A DNA stretch of 64,000 nucleotides from Lingula anatina (lineage: Eukaryota; Animalia; Brachiopoda), in contig JBPQGU010000016.1 in NCBI GenBank assembly GCA_051362555.1, positions 6,451,795-6,515,794 of the forward strand. Reading direction: 5' to 3'. The notes under the pieces were generated by a model. The model made no database searches, was not told where the DNA came from, and saw nothing but the letters and a program-made list of their open reading frames with translations. Below, piece by piece: positions 21,801 through 33,415 of the stretch; the first letter of the stretch is position 1; every line of letters begins with the position of its first letter. The translations under genes were made by a program, and so were the position numbers.

Positions 21801-24800
21801 ATAGTGTCAGGTAGGTGTGTTCGGTCATTTGTAGTAAGAATAAAGTGCTGGAAGAGTGGTGGTGTCAACATTAAGGAAGAAATAGAGCAAAAACTCTCTC
21901 TCCCCCCCCTCTCTCAGATTCTGTTCTCAGAGCTTATTTTTGGATCATCTTTAAAGCTAGAATTGGGGGCCTTGATGAAGTGACCTGGGCGCGTTTCCAC
22001 ATTTTTTATGAATGACAGGTGTGGTAGATTGATTTTTGTCACTTTTTGGAAAAATCGATACGGGTCGATTTTTGGTGATTTTGAGTGATTTTGAACAGTG
22101 CCGGCACTGTGAGATTTCTTCAATTTTGGCCAGGTAGGGATGAATTTTTTTTTCTTCATTATAGTGTCAGGTAGGTGTGTTCGGTCATTTGTAGTCAGAA
22201 TAAAGTGCTGGAAGAGTGGTGGTGTCAACATTAAGGAAGAAATAGAGCAAAAACTCTCTCTCCCCCCCCCCCTCTCAGATTCTGTTCTCAGAGCTTATTT
22301 TTGGATCATCTTTAAAGCTAGAATTGGGGGCCTTGATGAAGTGACCCGGGCGCGTTTCCACATTTTTTATGAATGACAGGTGTGGTAGATTGATTTTCGT
22401 CACTTTTTGGAAAAATCGGAGACGGGTCGATTTTTGGTGATTTTGAGTGATTTTGAACAGTGCCGGCACTGTGAGATTTCTTCAATTTTGGCCAGGTAGG
22501 GATGAAAATTTTTTTTCTTCATTATAGTGTCAGGTAGGTGTGTTCGGTCATTTGTAGTAAGAATAAAGTGCTGGAAGAGTGGTGGTGTCAACATTAAGGA
22601 AGAAATAGAGCAAAAACTCTCTCTCCCCCCCCCTCTCTCAGATTCTGTTCTCAGAGCTTATTTTTGGATCATCTTTAAAGCTAGAATTGGGGGCCTTGAT
22701 GAAGTGACCCGGGCGCGTTTCCACATTTTTTATGAATGACAGGTGTGGTAGATTGATTTTTGTCACTTTTTGGAAAAATCGATACGGGTCGATTTTTGGT
22801 GATTTTGAGTGATTTTAAACAGTGCCGGCACTGTGAGATTTCTTCAATTTTGGCCAGGTAGGGATGAATTTTTTTTTTCTTCATTATAGTGTCAGGTAGG
22901 TGTGTTCGGTCATTTGTAGTCAGAATAAAGTGCTGGAAGAGTGGTGGTGTCAACATTAAGGAAGAAATAGAGCAAAAACTCTCTCTCCCCCCCCCCCCCC
23001 CTCTCAGATTCTGTTCTCAGAGCTTATTTTTGGATCATCTTTAAAGCTAGAATTGGGGGCCTTGATGAAGTGACCCGGGCGCGTTTCCACATTTTTTATG
23101 AATGACAGGTGTGGTAGATTGATTTTCGTCACTTTTTGGAAAAATCGGAGACGGGTCGATTTTTGGTGATTTTGAGTGATTTTGAACAGTGCCGGCACTG
23201 TGAGATTTCTTCAATTTTGGCCAGGTAGGGATGAAAATTTTTTTTCTTCATTATAGTGTCAGGTAGGTGTGTTCGGTCATTTGTAGTAAGAATAAAGTGC
23301 TGGAAGAGTGGTGGTGTCAACATTAAGGAAGAAATAGAGCAAAAACTCTCTCTCCCCCCCCTCTCTCAGATTCTGTTCTCAGAGCTTATTTTTGGATCAT
23401 CTTTAAAGCTAGAATTGGGGGCCTTGATGAAGTGACCCGGGCGCGTTTCCACATTTTTTATGAATGACAGGTGTGGTAGATTGATTTTCGTCACTTTTTG
23501 GAAAAATCGATACGGGTCGATTTTTGGTGATTTTGAGTGATTTTGAACAGTGCCGGCACTGTGAGATTTCTTCAATTTTGGCCAGGTAGGGATGAATTTT
23601 TTTTTTCTTCATTATAGTGTCAGGTAGGTGTGTTCGGTCATTTGTAGTCAGAATAAAGTGCTGGAAGAGTGGTGGTGTCAACATTAAGGAAGAAATAGAG
23701 CAAAAACTCTCTCTCCCCCCCCCCCCCCTCTCAGATTCTGTTCTCAGAGCTTATTTTTGGATCATCTTTAAAGCTAGAATTGGGGGCCTTGATGAAGTGA
23801 CCCGGGCGCGTTTCCACATTTTTTATGAATGACAGGTGTGGTAGATTGATTTTCGTCACTTTTTGGAAAAATCGGAGACGGGTCGATTTTTGGTGATTTT
23901 GAGTGATTTTGAACAGTGCCGGCACTGTGAGATTTCTTCAATTTTGGCCAGGTAGGGATGAAATTTTTTTTTTCTTCATTATAGTGTCAGGTAGGTGTGT
24001 TCGGTCATTTGTAGTAAGAATAAAGTGCTGGAAGAGTGGTGGTGTCAACATTAAGGAAGAAATAGAGCAAAAACTCTCTCTCCCCCCCCCCCCTCTCAGA
24101 TTCTGTTCTCAGAGCTTATTTTTGGATCATCTTTAAAGCTAGAATTGGGGGCCTTGATGAAGTGACCCGGGCGCGTTTCCACATTTTTTATGAATGACAG
24201 GTGTGGTAGATTGATTTTCGTCACTTTTTGGAAAAATCAGAGACGGGTCGATTTTTGGTGATTTTGAGTGATTTTGAACAGTGCCGGCACTGTGAGATTT
24301 CTTCAATTTTGGCCAGGTAGGGATGAAAATTTTTTTTCTTCATTATAGTGTCAGGTAGGTGTGTTCGGTCATTTGTAGTAAGAATAAAGTGCTGGAAGAG
24401 TGGTGGTGTCAACATTAAGGAAGAAATAGAGCAAAAACTCTCTCTCCCCCCCCCCCCTCTCAGATTCTGTTCTCAGAGCTTATTTTTGGATCATCTTTAA
24501 AGCTAGAATTGGGGGCCTTGATGAAGTGACCCGGGCGCGTTTTCACATTTTTTATGAATGACAGGTGTGGTAGATTGATTTTCGTCACTTTTTGGAAAAA
24601 TCGGAGACGGGTCGATTTTTGGTGATTTTGAGTGATTTTGAACAGTGCCGGCACTGTGAGATTTCTTCAATTTTGGCCAGGTAGGGATGAAAATTTTTTT
24701 CTTCATTATAGTGTCAGGTAGATGTGTTCGGTCATTTGTAGTAAGAATAAAGTGCTGGAAGAGTGGTGGTGTCAACATTAAGGAAGAAATAGAGCAAAAA

Positions 24801-25165
24801 CTCTCTCTCCCCCCCCCCCTCTCAGATTCTGTTCTCAGAGCTTATTTTTGGATCATCTTTAAAGCTAGAATTGGGGGCCTTGATGAAGTGACCCGGGCGC
24901 GTTTACACATTTTTTATGAATGACAGGTGTGGTAGATTGATTTTCGTCACTTTTTGGAAAAATCGGAGACGGGTCGATTTTTGGTGATTTTGAGTGATTT
25001 TGAACAGTGCCGGCACTGTGAGATTTCTTCAATTTTGGCCAGGTAGGGATGAAAAATTTATTTCTTCATTATAGTGTCAGGTAGGTGTGTTCGGTCATTT
25101 GTAGTAAGCATAAAATGCTTGAAGAGTGGTGGTGTCAACATTATGGAAGAAATAAAGCAAAAACT
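9801..25165 (+). repeat. Satellite DNA array 1, ~362-365-bp monomer, ~42 head-to-tail units
   Basis: Monomer TTGGCCAGGTAGGGATG...(CT)nC(n)...ACAGTGCCGGCACTGT...; units nearly identical; last partial unit diverged. Confidence 0.99.
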
Positions 25166-26069
25166 ATGTATACAGATTCCTGCTATATTATTATTTTATC
25201 TTTAATTTATCGAATTTTATGATGCCTTTCCTATATACATAGTCCTTTTTTAAAATAATTACCGTATCAGTTTTTTAAAACCTAGAACAAAAGTTTTCAG
25301 TTTGTCTGTCTTTTTTATTCCAGCAATTTCAGCAGCCATTACTGTTTCCGAGACACCTTGCCTGTGCTATCAAACGAAGCCTGTTACTTACAGCACAGGA
25401 GCACCAAAGAGTTTGAAGAGTGCTTTACAAGTCATCAGTCAAATTAAGCAGAAATGGTCTTAGCTTTGCAAACCGGTGTCAAAGGGTCAAATCAAGTATT
25501 CCAAGCCTTCCAAGGACTAGTATGATGTAAGTCAGTATGGACAATATATTAAAGGTCCAAAAGCATCAAAGTCTTTAAGGTACTCGCCCCACGCCGCAGC
25601 ATGTCATCGAAGAAATGACCCCTTGATGATAGGGATATGGATTGCAAGTGTTCTGGAGGCTCCAAGACAACTGTCTATAGCAGGTTCTGGTACTTGCATA
25701 GTGGGTCTTCAAACCCTTGGTATAGAAAGTACAAACCAGCAGCTTAATCTGGAAGTTAAAAAGAAAAAACAGCCATAAGTCCATGCATTAAAATCATGTT
25801 GAAATCTCTTTTTGGAAATTAGAAAAACGACTATTGCAATTATTAGAGAAGGCTTAATTAACTTTGAGTGTGCATTTTTTATGAACTGATACTTCCTTGT
25901 GAACAAAAACTCTGAAAAGATTTCCACATTTTGTATTTTTGGCAATAATGAGAAATGAATGAACATTCATTGATTAATTATTATCATTATTTATTTATTC
26001 ATTTATTTTTTTGCTATTTCCACTTGAGGGTGCTTACGCAAATTTGGCAGATTTCCCAAGTTTTGGGTT

Positions 26070-26640
26070 AAATAATAATAATTTATTGAGCACTGAAATG
26101 TTTTTACATTTAGAAGCTCTCTAGCTAGTATACATTATACATATGGAAAGATAGTAAGGATAGTAAGTAAATGAAAGAGAAAAAAGAAATTATACTTATA
26201 TAATGTTACACAATATACATTCTCTTAATATCCAGGTGAGATGCATGAAATCATTTGTGCACTTCTAGTTAATTACGTTTTTTTTAAAAGCACAATGTTG
26301 TTATTTTGGGTCTTTATGAGGTAATGTGATTTTGTCAGCATATTAGTTAAATGAACAACTTTGTCTGGATGCCCCACTCCTGCCTCAAATGAGATTTTAA
26401 AAGCAAACATCAATATCTATAAAGTCAGGTTTTAATGCTTATTTTTGAACACATTTCACATAAATCACATTTCACATGATGATCTGGGCTGATTTTGTCA
26501 AAGTTAAAGAAACCCCATTTTGAACACTGATGACAATTTAGTAAAACCATGTTACTCATGGATCTCAATCTTACAGAAAAGGTAAATTGGACTAAAATAC
26601 AGCTTGAGTTAGAAAACTGAACTGATTGCATTCTTTTTCT
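26070..26640 (-). mobile_element. Possible decayed 3' end of a LINE (L1/Tx1-like)
   Basis: Cys-containing decayed frame (MVLLNCHQCSKWG...CDLC) running toward AATAAA plus (TTA)n tail on the minus strand at ~26070-26090. Confidence 0.35.
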
Positions 26641-26775
26641 GAGAGTTATTTATTTATTTAATTATCATTATTATTATTATTTATTATTATTATTTTCAAA
26701 ATATTTTTTTTCACATATTAGCATTTTCTTCGTGAGACTTGGAACTCCCACGGGATGAAATTCCAGCTCCCACTC

Positions 26776-27020
26776 TCAAGCCCCTGGGGAGCTTTTTGAA
26801 ATAATATAAAGATGAAATTTGGGTCTTTTTAAAATAATTAAAATAATGATGTCAGGAAGGTGTGTTTTGTTTTTTCTAGCCATCCACAGGTAATTTTTTT
26901 TTTTCAATATTTCTTGTGAATTAAAAAAATATTTTTCCATCCCCCTCCCCAACCTCAAACCCCTGAGGAGCTTTTTGAAGTACTATAAAGATGCAATTTG
27001 GGGATTTAATGATGAGATGT
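26776..27020 (+). repeat. Diverged ~179-bp-period repeat relic homologous to the satellite monomer
   Basis: TCAA.CCCCTG.GGAGCTTTTTGAA..A.TATAAAGATG.AATTTGGG at 26776 and 26955; TGTCAGGAAGGTGTGTT at 26850 versus satellite TGTCAGGTAGGTGTGTT. Confidence 0.7.
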
Positions 27021-27687
27021 TGATATGTTTAGACAATTATTGTGAATGATCCCTTTCCGTCTCAGCACTGATACTCCTCCGCACCATTACTCCCTCGCAC
27101 CGATAGGCCTATACTACCCCTTACACTCCATCGACCTCACCCGCATCTTAAAGCTCCTGCAACGATACTCTCTCACAGCCTTTGCAATTGGTTAAAACTG
27201 CTACCAACAAAACACAATGATTGATCTAAAAACTCTCGAAATACTATTTTTCCGAAAGTGCACCACCCTCTTGGGACCCAAAAGTGACACATTTCATTAG
27301 AAATATTGTGGAAAAATAAGGGAATTACTAAAGTTGGTCTGCTTAGTAACAAAGTACATAGTCGATCTAATATGTATGCAGCTCGGCTTTGTGATTATTA
27401 AGAAATATCTGTATACTTCACTTCGTTCTTCAACAGTGGTTACTGTATACAATATGTGCATCTTCTTCTTGATTTGTTTATTAATTATTTTACTAAAAGT
27501 ATGTTTTTAACAGAAGATAGCAAAGACGACATAATCTTTTCTTCAGGGGCCACTCTATTCGTAAAAGAAATTGAAACAACAACAACAAAAAAAAACATTG
27601 TTTAAGCGAGAAATTGCCGCCTTTGTCCTCCTGGAAATGTGAGATTCTACAATTTAGGCTGTCCTTGGGCGATTGTAGGAACCACTG

Positions 27688-27855
27688 CAGGGGCGGATCC
27701 AGAGCTATATACTGACAGTCTTCCAAATTATCTTTGTTGATTCATCCTCCAATTTTGACCGTCTTCCAACATTAAAAATTGGATACCCGTCAATGTAAAC
27801 TTGAAAATCTGACCGTCTTCTGGAAGACCCAGAAGACGGCCTAAATCCGCCCCTG
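27688..27855. mobile_element. MITE, 168 bp, 15-bp TIR, 5-bp TSD
   Basis: CAGGGGCGGATCCAG...CTAAATCCGCCCCTG (13/15 inverted); CACTG on both flanks; internal TGAC(A/C)GTCTTC repeats. Confidence 0.85.
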
Positions 27856-28017
27856 CACTGAACACCTACAGTATAATGCGCTTAAATTACTGTTTTTTCT
27901 TTACGGTTCTGTTTGTAATAGAAATCTAGGACAGAAAAAATTACAACTTGAATGTAACATCATAAATCCTTAAAAATAGATAACAAATCCGATTGTGTTT
28001 ATTGCCAGTACAGCTCT

Positions 28018-28060
28018 CAGGGGCGAATCCAGGATTTCGAAGACTAGGTGGTTAGTTTTT
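28018..28060 (+). mobile_element. Left end of a CAGGGGCG-type element; partner end may be TAAATCCACCACTG at ~30104-30117
   Basis: CAGGGGCGAATCCAGGATTTC; flanks do not give a clean TSD with the candidate partner. Confidence 0.45.
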
Positions 28061-28951
28061 ATTGACCCCGCTTCTACGTGGACGGAACGGTTCATTTTTA
28101 ACATTGAATAAATTAATTGAATTAATATTCATTAAAATTAAATCAAATAAAATAACGATGCATGATGATTAGTAATGCAAGATTTATGCCGCAAAGTCGC
28201 TTGTCAGACTACATCTAAGATGATCTCACGACATACTTGGGTATGGCTGTTTAGATGTAGGGGGTAGAGGCACTATTTGAAGGCAGCTGAAGGAAAAAAT
28301 CGAAAGGAGTTCGATGGCATTTAGCATTACATGGTCCATTTCTCAGTAAAGAATACTAAATAAAGAAATTATACATACTTCAGGATGGCTCACTGCGGTT
28401 TTCGTCCACACATAGGCAACCAGTAATTCGGACTCTACTAGCGATAATGTAAACACACCTTGAATGCCCATTTATATATTTGCTTTTCTAGTTAAACTTA
28501 GCAATGTGTATTAATTTTGTTCGAAAAAAAAAAAGCATTCCACTGTAATTTGCGACCGCGTCCATGTGCACCAATGCAGGCCTATTCTATTTATGGAGAT
28601 GGTCACATAATCAGCAAAACGGAAATTTAACTGGTACATGTACAAGTTTCGAAATAAAATGTTTGTCAAACCTTTATAATATCTAGAGCTTTTGTTGTTT
28701 GAAACATGTTTAACTAAAATGTAAGAAAAACGAAAAAAGTAAGCAGCAAGCTGGTAGGCAGTAAGTGAAAGCCTGGTCTGAACACTGAATTTCTAGGTAA
28801 CCATGTATTTTTCACACCCCCTAATTTCATTTCCACAACGATCCGTGAATGAGGTTAAAAAGCAATAACATACTTGTGTGACAGGACAAAATGCTTTGTT
28901 TATTACGCCACTTTATCTTGTCAAATGAAGCATGAATTTGAAAAACCATGA

Positions 28952-29345
28952 AAACTAGAGGATCAGAGAGGTGATACCGCCTGAGGGTATTGTACCACCA
29001 GCTGGAGTAAGCTCATTCGTATAGAAAAGTGAAAAAAGGGACACCACCTCCAGTGTTGTGCTGGACAAGCTCTACATGCAGTAAGCAAAAGTTCTAAATA
29101 GTTTTGTTGAAAATTACCATTTAAAACAAAATCATGAGGAAAAGTAAAAGTTAAAATTCAAATTTGTGAAGTGCAGTTCATGGCAAAAAGTAGGTCAAAG
29201 CTCAATTTCAAGAACACAGATTGTCAGCATATGACTGCCTATTCAAGTTCAATAGTGATTATGGGCATATCTCTGCTAGTTTTGGAGATAGAAAAGTTGC
29301 AAAGTTGCGCGGCTCATTATAAAATCGCCACCTTTTAAAATTTCC
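28952..29345 (+). mobile_element. Helentron/HINE-like non-autonomous repeat fragment
   Basis: AACTAGAG start; AGGTCAAAG and CATATGACTGCCTATT...TTCAATAGTGATTATGGGCATATCTC...TTTTGGAGATA motifs resembling common invertebrate interspersed repeats. Confidence 0.45.
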
Positions 29346-29515
29346 AGTTGTACTAAGTGCACGTGGTTTGCAGATTAATTTTAGCCATTAAGAGCGTTAG
29401 ATTGAAACCTTTTGCCGCTACAAATACAACAACTTGATTGATATCTTAGGCGATTATCAAAAACAGACAATAGCAAGAATCACTTACCTGCTGTAGGTTA
29501 CAAGGGCGACCAACC

Positions 29516-29729
29516 CAGGGGCGGGACCAGGATTATTTGAAGGGGGGTCCACGGATGCAAAACCGACCCTTATCTTAGAGGGCGAACGGTGCTATTTAGT
29601 ACTTTTTAGAACTATGATTCGGCTAGAGAAAATACTTATTTCATAAGGGGACCATCGGTGTGATTATTTTTAGAAACTGAAGGGGAGGAGGTCAGGACCC
29701 CCTGACCCCCCCCTCCCAATCCGCCACTG
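29516..29729. mobile_element. MITE, 214 bp, CAGGGGCGG-type ends, 5-bp TSD (one mismatch)
   Basis: CAGGGGCGGGACCAGG...AATCCGCCACTG flanked by CAACC / CAACT. Confidence 0.75.
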
Positions 29730-30344
29730 CAACTACCAATGGACCTCGGTGGACACAGGTTAATTACATATCTGGCATTTGTGTCATAGGTTGTGCATTT
29801 AAGCTTTAAACTTAAGTTTTATAAATATTAAAGTACCTACCCTTTAACGCGAAGTAAGAATCACGGTCAGCCACCTTTGTTTATGAGACAGTAATCAGTG
29901 TTACGCCGACGACCATCACCTGATCTATTGAATTAAACGAGTGGAGTAGTAACGAACCCTTGGAACGAATTTGAGAAATAAGCAAACCTGACTTTATCGA
30001 GTGTAGGGGAGTTCGATTTTCTAAAAAAAAAAAATGTACATTATATTTATAAAAATTCAGTCGGAATCGAAACTCCCCCCCCCCCCGCCCCCACCGACCC
30101 TCCTAAATCCACCACTGGCACAAATCTTTTGTCCTGTACCATCTAAACTGCGTCACGTACAGCTCGATGTAGCGAGTCAATATAAATATAATTTCAATCG
30201 GTTGACGAGAGGAATTAAAGTGAAATTAATTTCTCTCTGGTTATGACACGCCAGAAGAGGGCGGGATTATGGTAGGGGAGTTTTCGTGTCATTTAGGCGA
30301 TTGACACGGTACTGTTAACACGCTTATGATTACGACTCCGTAGA

Positions 30345-32900
30345 CGACATGGTTGATGAGTCCAGTGGAAGCGAACACTTTACCTTGGCTGATGTAATGA
30401 AAAAAATGGAAAGTAAAAAGAAAGAGGCGAAAGACTATTTCGACCATAGACTGTCTACTTTTAATGCCGAAGCCGGTAAAAACTGAAAGTCGACAATATT
30501 TATCTTGGAAAATAGAAGGTAATCACCAGCAATTTGACTCAACAGTATTTGAAAATAAGATTATTGTGGTGAACAAACTGACAGTGCCTTACAGTCTTGG
30601 CAAGAGAAACAAACTTATCAGAATTGCTGACACTTTCGACACTGTTAAGGAACATACTGTTAATCCTCTTGCTTGTGATTCTGAGAGCGAGAGAGCTACA
30701 AAGAAAATAAAAGAAAACAAAAAGGGAGCCAAAAAAAATAAGGTTATATCAGCAGACCGACCGATAGGTGTGGCGATACTTCTCAGCGGAGAAGTCTTTA
30801 TCGCAGCAGCGGGTCGTGACTTTGCTTAGCTTGTTGAGGAAAGGGCCATTTCATGCTTGAGTGACCAACTTACAGAGGGGAAAGTTATTCTACCAGAGTC
30901 CAACCCCAGAGATAAGGGAACATCTGGAATGGGATAGAAGGCGAAAGCATTGAAAAATAGATAAGTACCCGGTACATGTATGAGTGCGTTAGTTTCAATC
31001 AAGAGTTGCATAATTATGAACATGAGCAAAATCAGAAATTCATACCCGTGAAAAGTAGGTTAAGAACCAATTTAAGTTTTTGGGAAGAAGTAGGGTATTC
31101 ATTTTTTATTCTAGACTTGATAAAAATGGTTATAAATTTCCGTTTATAGCAACACCCTGTGGGATGAGGAAAGATAACAGCTTTCACCATTGAAAAATAA
31201 GTTTTTTGTTAAAAAGCTATTCTTGAATTGAAAAAGATGCGTTTGATTAAAAGGTGTAGCAAACAACCAATTGTTGATAACCCTTAAACAGAAGCAGTGC
31301 ATAGCAGTGAAAAAAATAGATTGATTTTAGATGTACGAGAAGTAAACAAACATGTCCGTAAGCAGTCTGGTAGTTACGGACATTTGAGAACGGCTCTTAT
31401 GTTTATGAAACTGTGTGGTTGGTTGATTAAATTTGATTCAGCTAATCAACATCTAGATATCAATTATCCTCATACGGATTATTGAGGTTTTTCATGGAAA
31501 ATTCAAGATCAGCAGATTTATTTTTGATTCTTAGTTCTTCCATTTGGGTTATCATTAGCACTTAATATTTTTTTTCAAAATTGACTTGGCAATTAATCAA
31601 AGAATGGTTCGATGTAATTGGATGACGGTCTGTGGTACTGCAGTAACATAGATAGATTGGAGCATCAGGGTGCTGAGATCAAAGATGATATTGCTAAGTC
31701 AGGTTTTATGTAAATATATGAGAATACTATTTGGTCGTAGGTACAGAGTCTGGCATTTATAGGCATCGAAATAGATATTAGTATTGGGGAAATCAAAGTT
31801 CTTGATATTAGAATAGCAAGTGCTAAGAGATGTGACATTATATTCGCACGAAAGTGAGCAGAGGTCTGGCTATGTCGGTCGGATTATACTATGTCTCATG
31901 TGTTGGGAAGTGTAAAACAACTAATGACAAATTATATTAGCATGGTTATTTCAAGTGCTTTTTCTTAGAATCAGAAAATGTGTGTGAAAGCATGCAGTCA
32001 AATTAGACCTTGGTGTAGTAAATCAGAATTTTACAGTTTTCACCTCAGTGCAATAAGGTAGTTTATTCTGATGCTAGTAGTACTGGGTTTGGAGGATATT
32101 GTGTGGAGACACCTAAAAGGGTGTGTTGCGGGGAATGGTCAGCTGACGAAGCGACGGAGAGCTCTACTTACAGAGAACTGATAGCTGTTTTCAGGGTCCT
32201 GTTCTCCATGGCAAACACGTTGAGTGTTTTGAGATTGAAGTGGTTTTCTGATAGCAAAGATGTTGTAAACATTAAAGAAAAAAGTAGCATGAGGAGTAAA
32301 TTACAACCTATTATTTTTGATGTTTTTCTTCTAATGGAGTTATTCAATAGAAATGAAAGGATACTGAGAGAAGAGAATACCCATGCAGATTATATAAGTA
32401 GAAGTGTGGATGTTGACAATTGGGGTATTTCTAAAGAATTATTCTCACATTTTGATAAGATATGGGGTCCTCATGAAGTGGATTGGTTTACGTCCTGCTA
32501 CAATGCTTAAGTACATATTTTTACTCTAGATTTTAGAATTCAGGAACAGTGAATGGGACACGCGTCATTTACGGATCTATCCTGGTCCTCAGATCAAATT
32601 CAGTCTCTTATTTCTACCAATGAGTTACAACAGACTCCTTGTTTCTATATTGTTTCCGACAGACTGTTCTGGTCCTTCACCTGTAAATATCCATCATGAC
32701 GTAATCAAATGTGGCACCGAAACGTGCCCTTGGCTGACTCTGTTATGGTCTCAAAATTTTTGAAGCTTTAAGCTTTTAGATGCTACCTAGTTTCTTATTG
32801 AAAAGTCGAGATACAGAGGTGGCAATTGGCTTTTGATAAATCGGGTTAAATCGTATTTATGCCCAGTAAAAGTTCTTGAAAATATTTAGATTTCATTGGT
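30345..32900 (+). mobile_element. Second decayed DIRS/Ngaro-type retrotransposon (gag-RT-RNaseH-MT-like-YR fragments)
   Basis: ORF1 WKIEGNHQQF, KRNKLIRIAD and broken CCHC knuckle CLAC*GKGHFMLE* (~30823-30865); RT VKSRLRTNLSFW, RLILDVREVN, FLVLPFGLS, LDDGL; RNase H VYSDASSTGFGGY, SSTYRELIAV, REENTHADYISR; WGPHEVDWF; YR piece LIEKS..R.GNW....LCPV; many stops. Confidence 0.9.
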
Positions 32901-33140
32901 AGGCCTCGATCCTAGCTACAGCTTTTCAAATTTACATGGCCTATTTTAAATATAATATCGTTGAGTTACAATGACAGTTATGTATGAAAATTGTATAACG
33001 ACGAGGGGGAGTATCGGTGCGCGTACAACAGTAATTTATGAATACATTTTACAGTATTATGGAATATACATGTATATTAGCGCCCGTGGTCTTATTGATC
33101 AATTAATGTGTGAATGAATAAGTCAAATCCACATGTACAT

Positions 33141-33415
33141 CTGGGGCGGATCCAGGATTTTTTGGAAGGGTGGTGGTGTTTTTTTTACGGATTGACAAGG
33201 CCTCGGAGTGCAAGGCCGACCCTCACCCCTTTGGAGTTATGTTTGGGGCACGCTCGAGGGCCACGAAAAAGGGTGTTTTAGAGGGAAAATATCTCCATTT
33301 GATACGGTTTATAACTATTATTCAGCTATAGATTTTGGGTGTAATTTTTTTTATCAGAAATCGAAGGGAGGAGGGGGTCTGGATCCCCCCTGACACCCCC
33401 TCTTTATCCGCCATG
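33141..33415. mobile_element. MITE, 275 bp, C(A/T)GGGGCGGAT-type ends, 5-bp TSD
   Basis: CTGGGGCGGATCCAGG...TTATCCGCCATG flanked by TACAT on both sides. Confidence 0.75.

Noticed and set aside
25310-25720. Host exon(s) right of array 1
   Set aside because: Acceptor and GTAAGT donor-like sites exist, but the one frame I translated has a stop and no recognisable protein
9005-27170. TTAA-flanked (piggyBac or Kolobok) ends enclosing the satellite
   Set aside because: CCCGGGTTAA at ~9008 is not conserved in copy 2, and no matching inverted end was found for TTAAAGCTCC at ~27148
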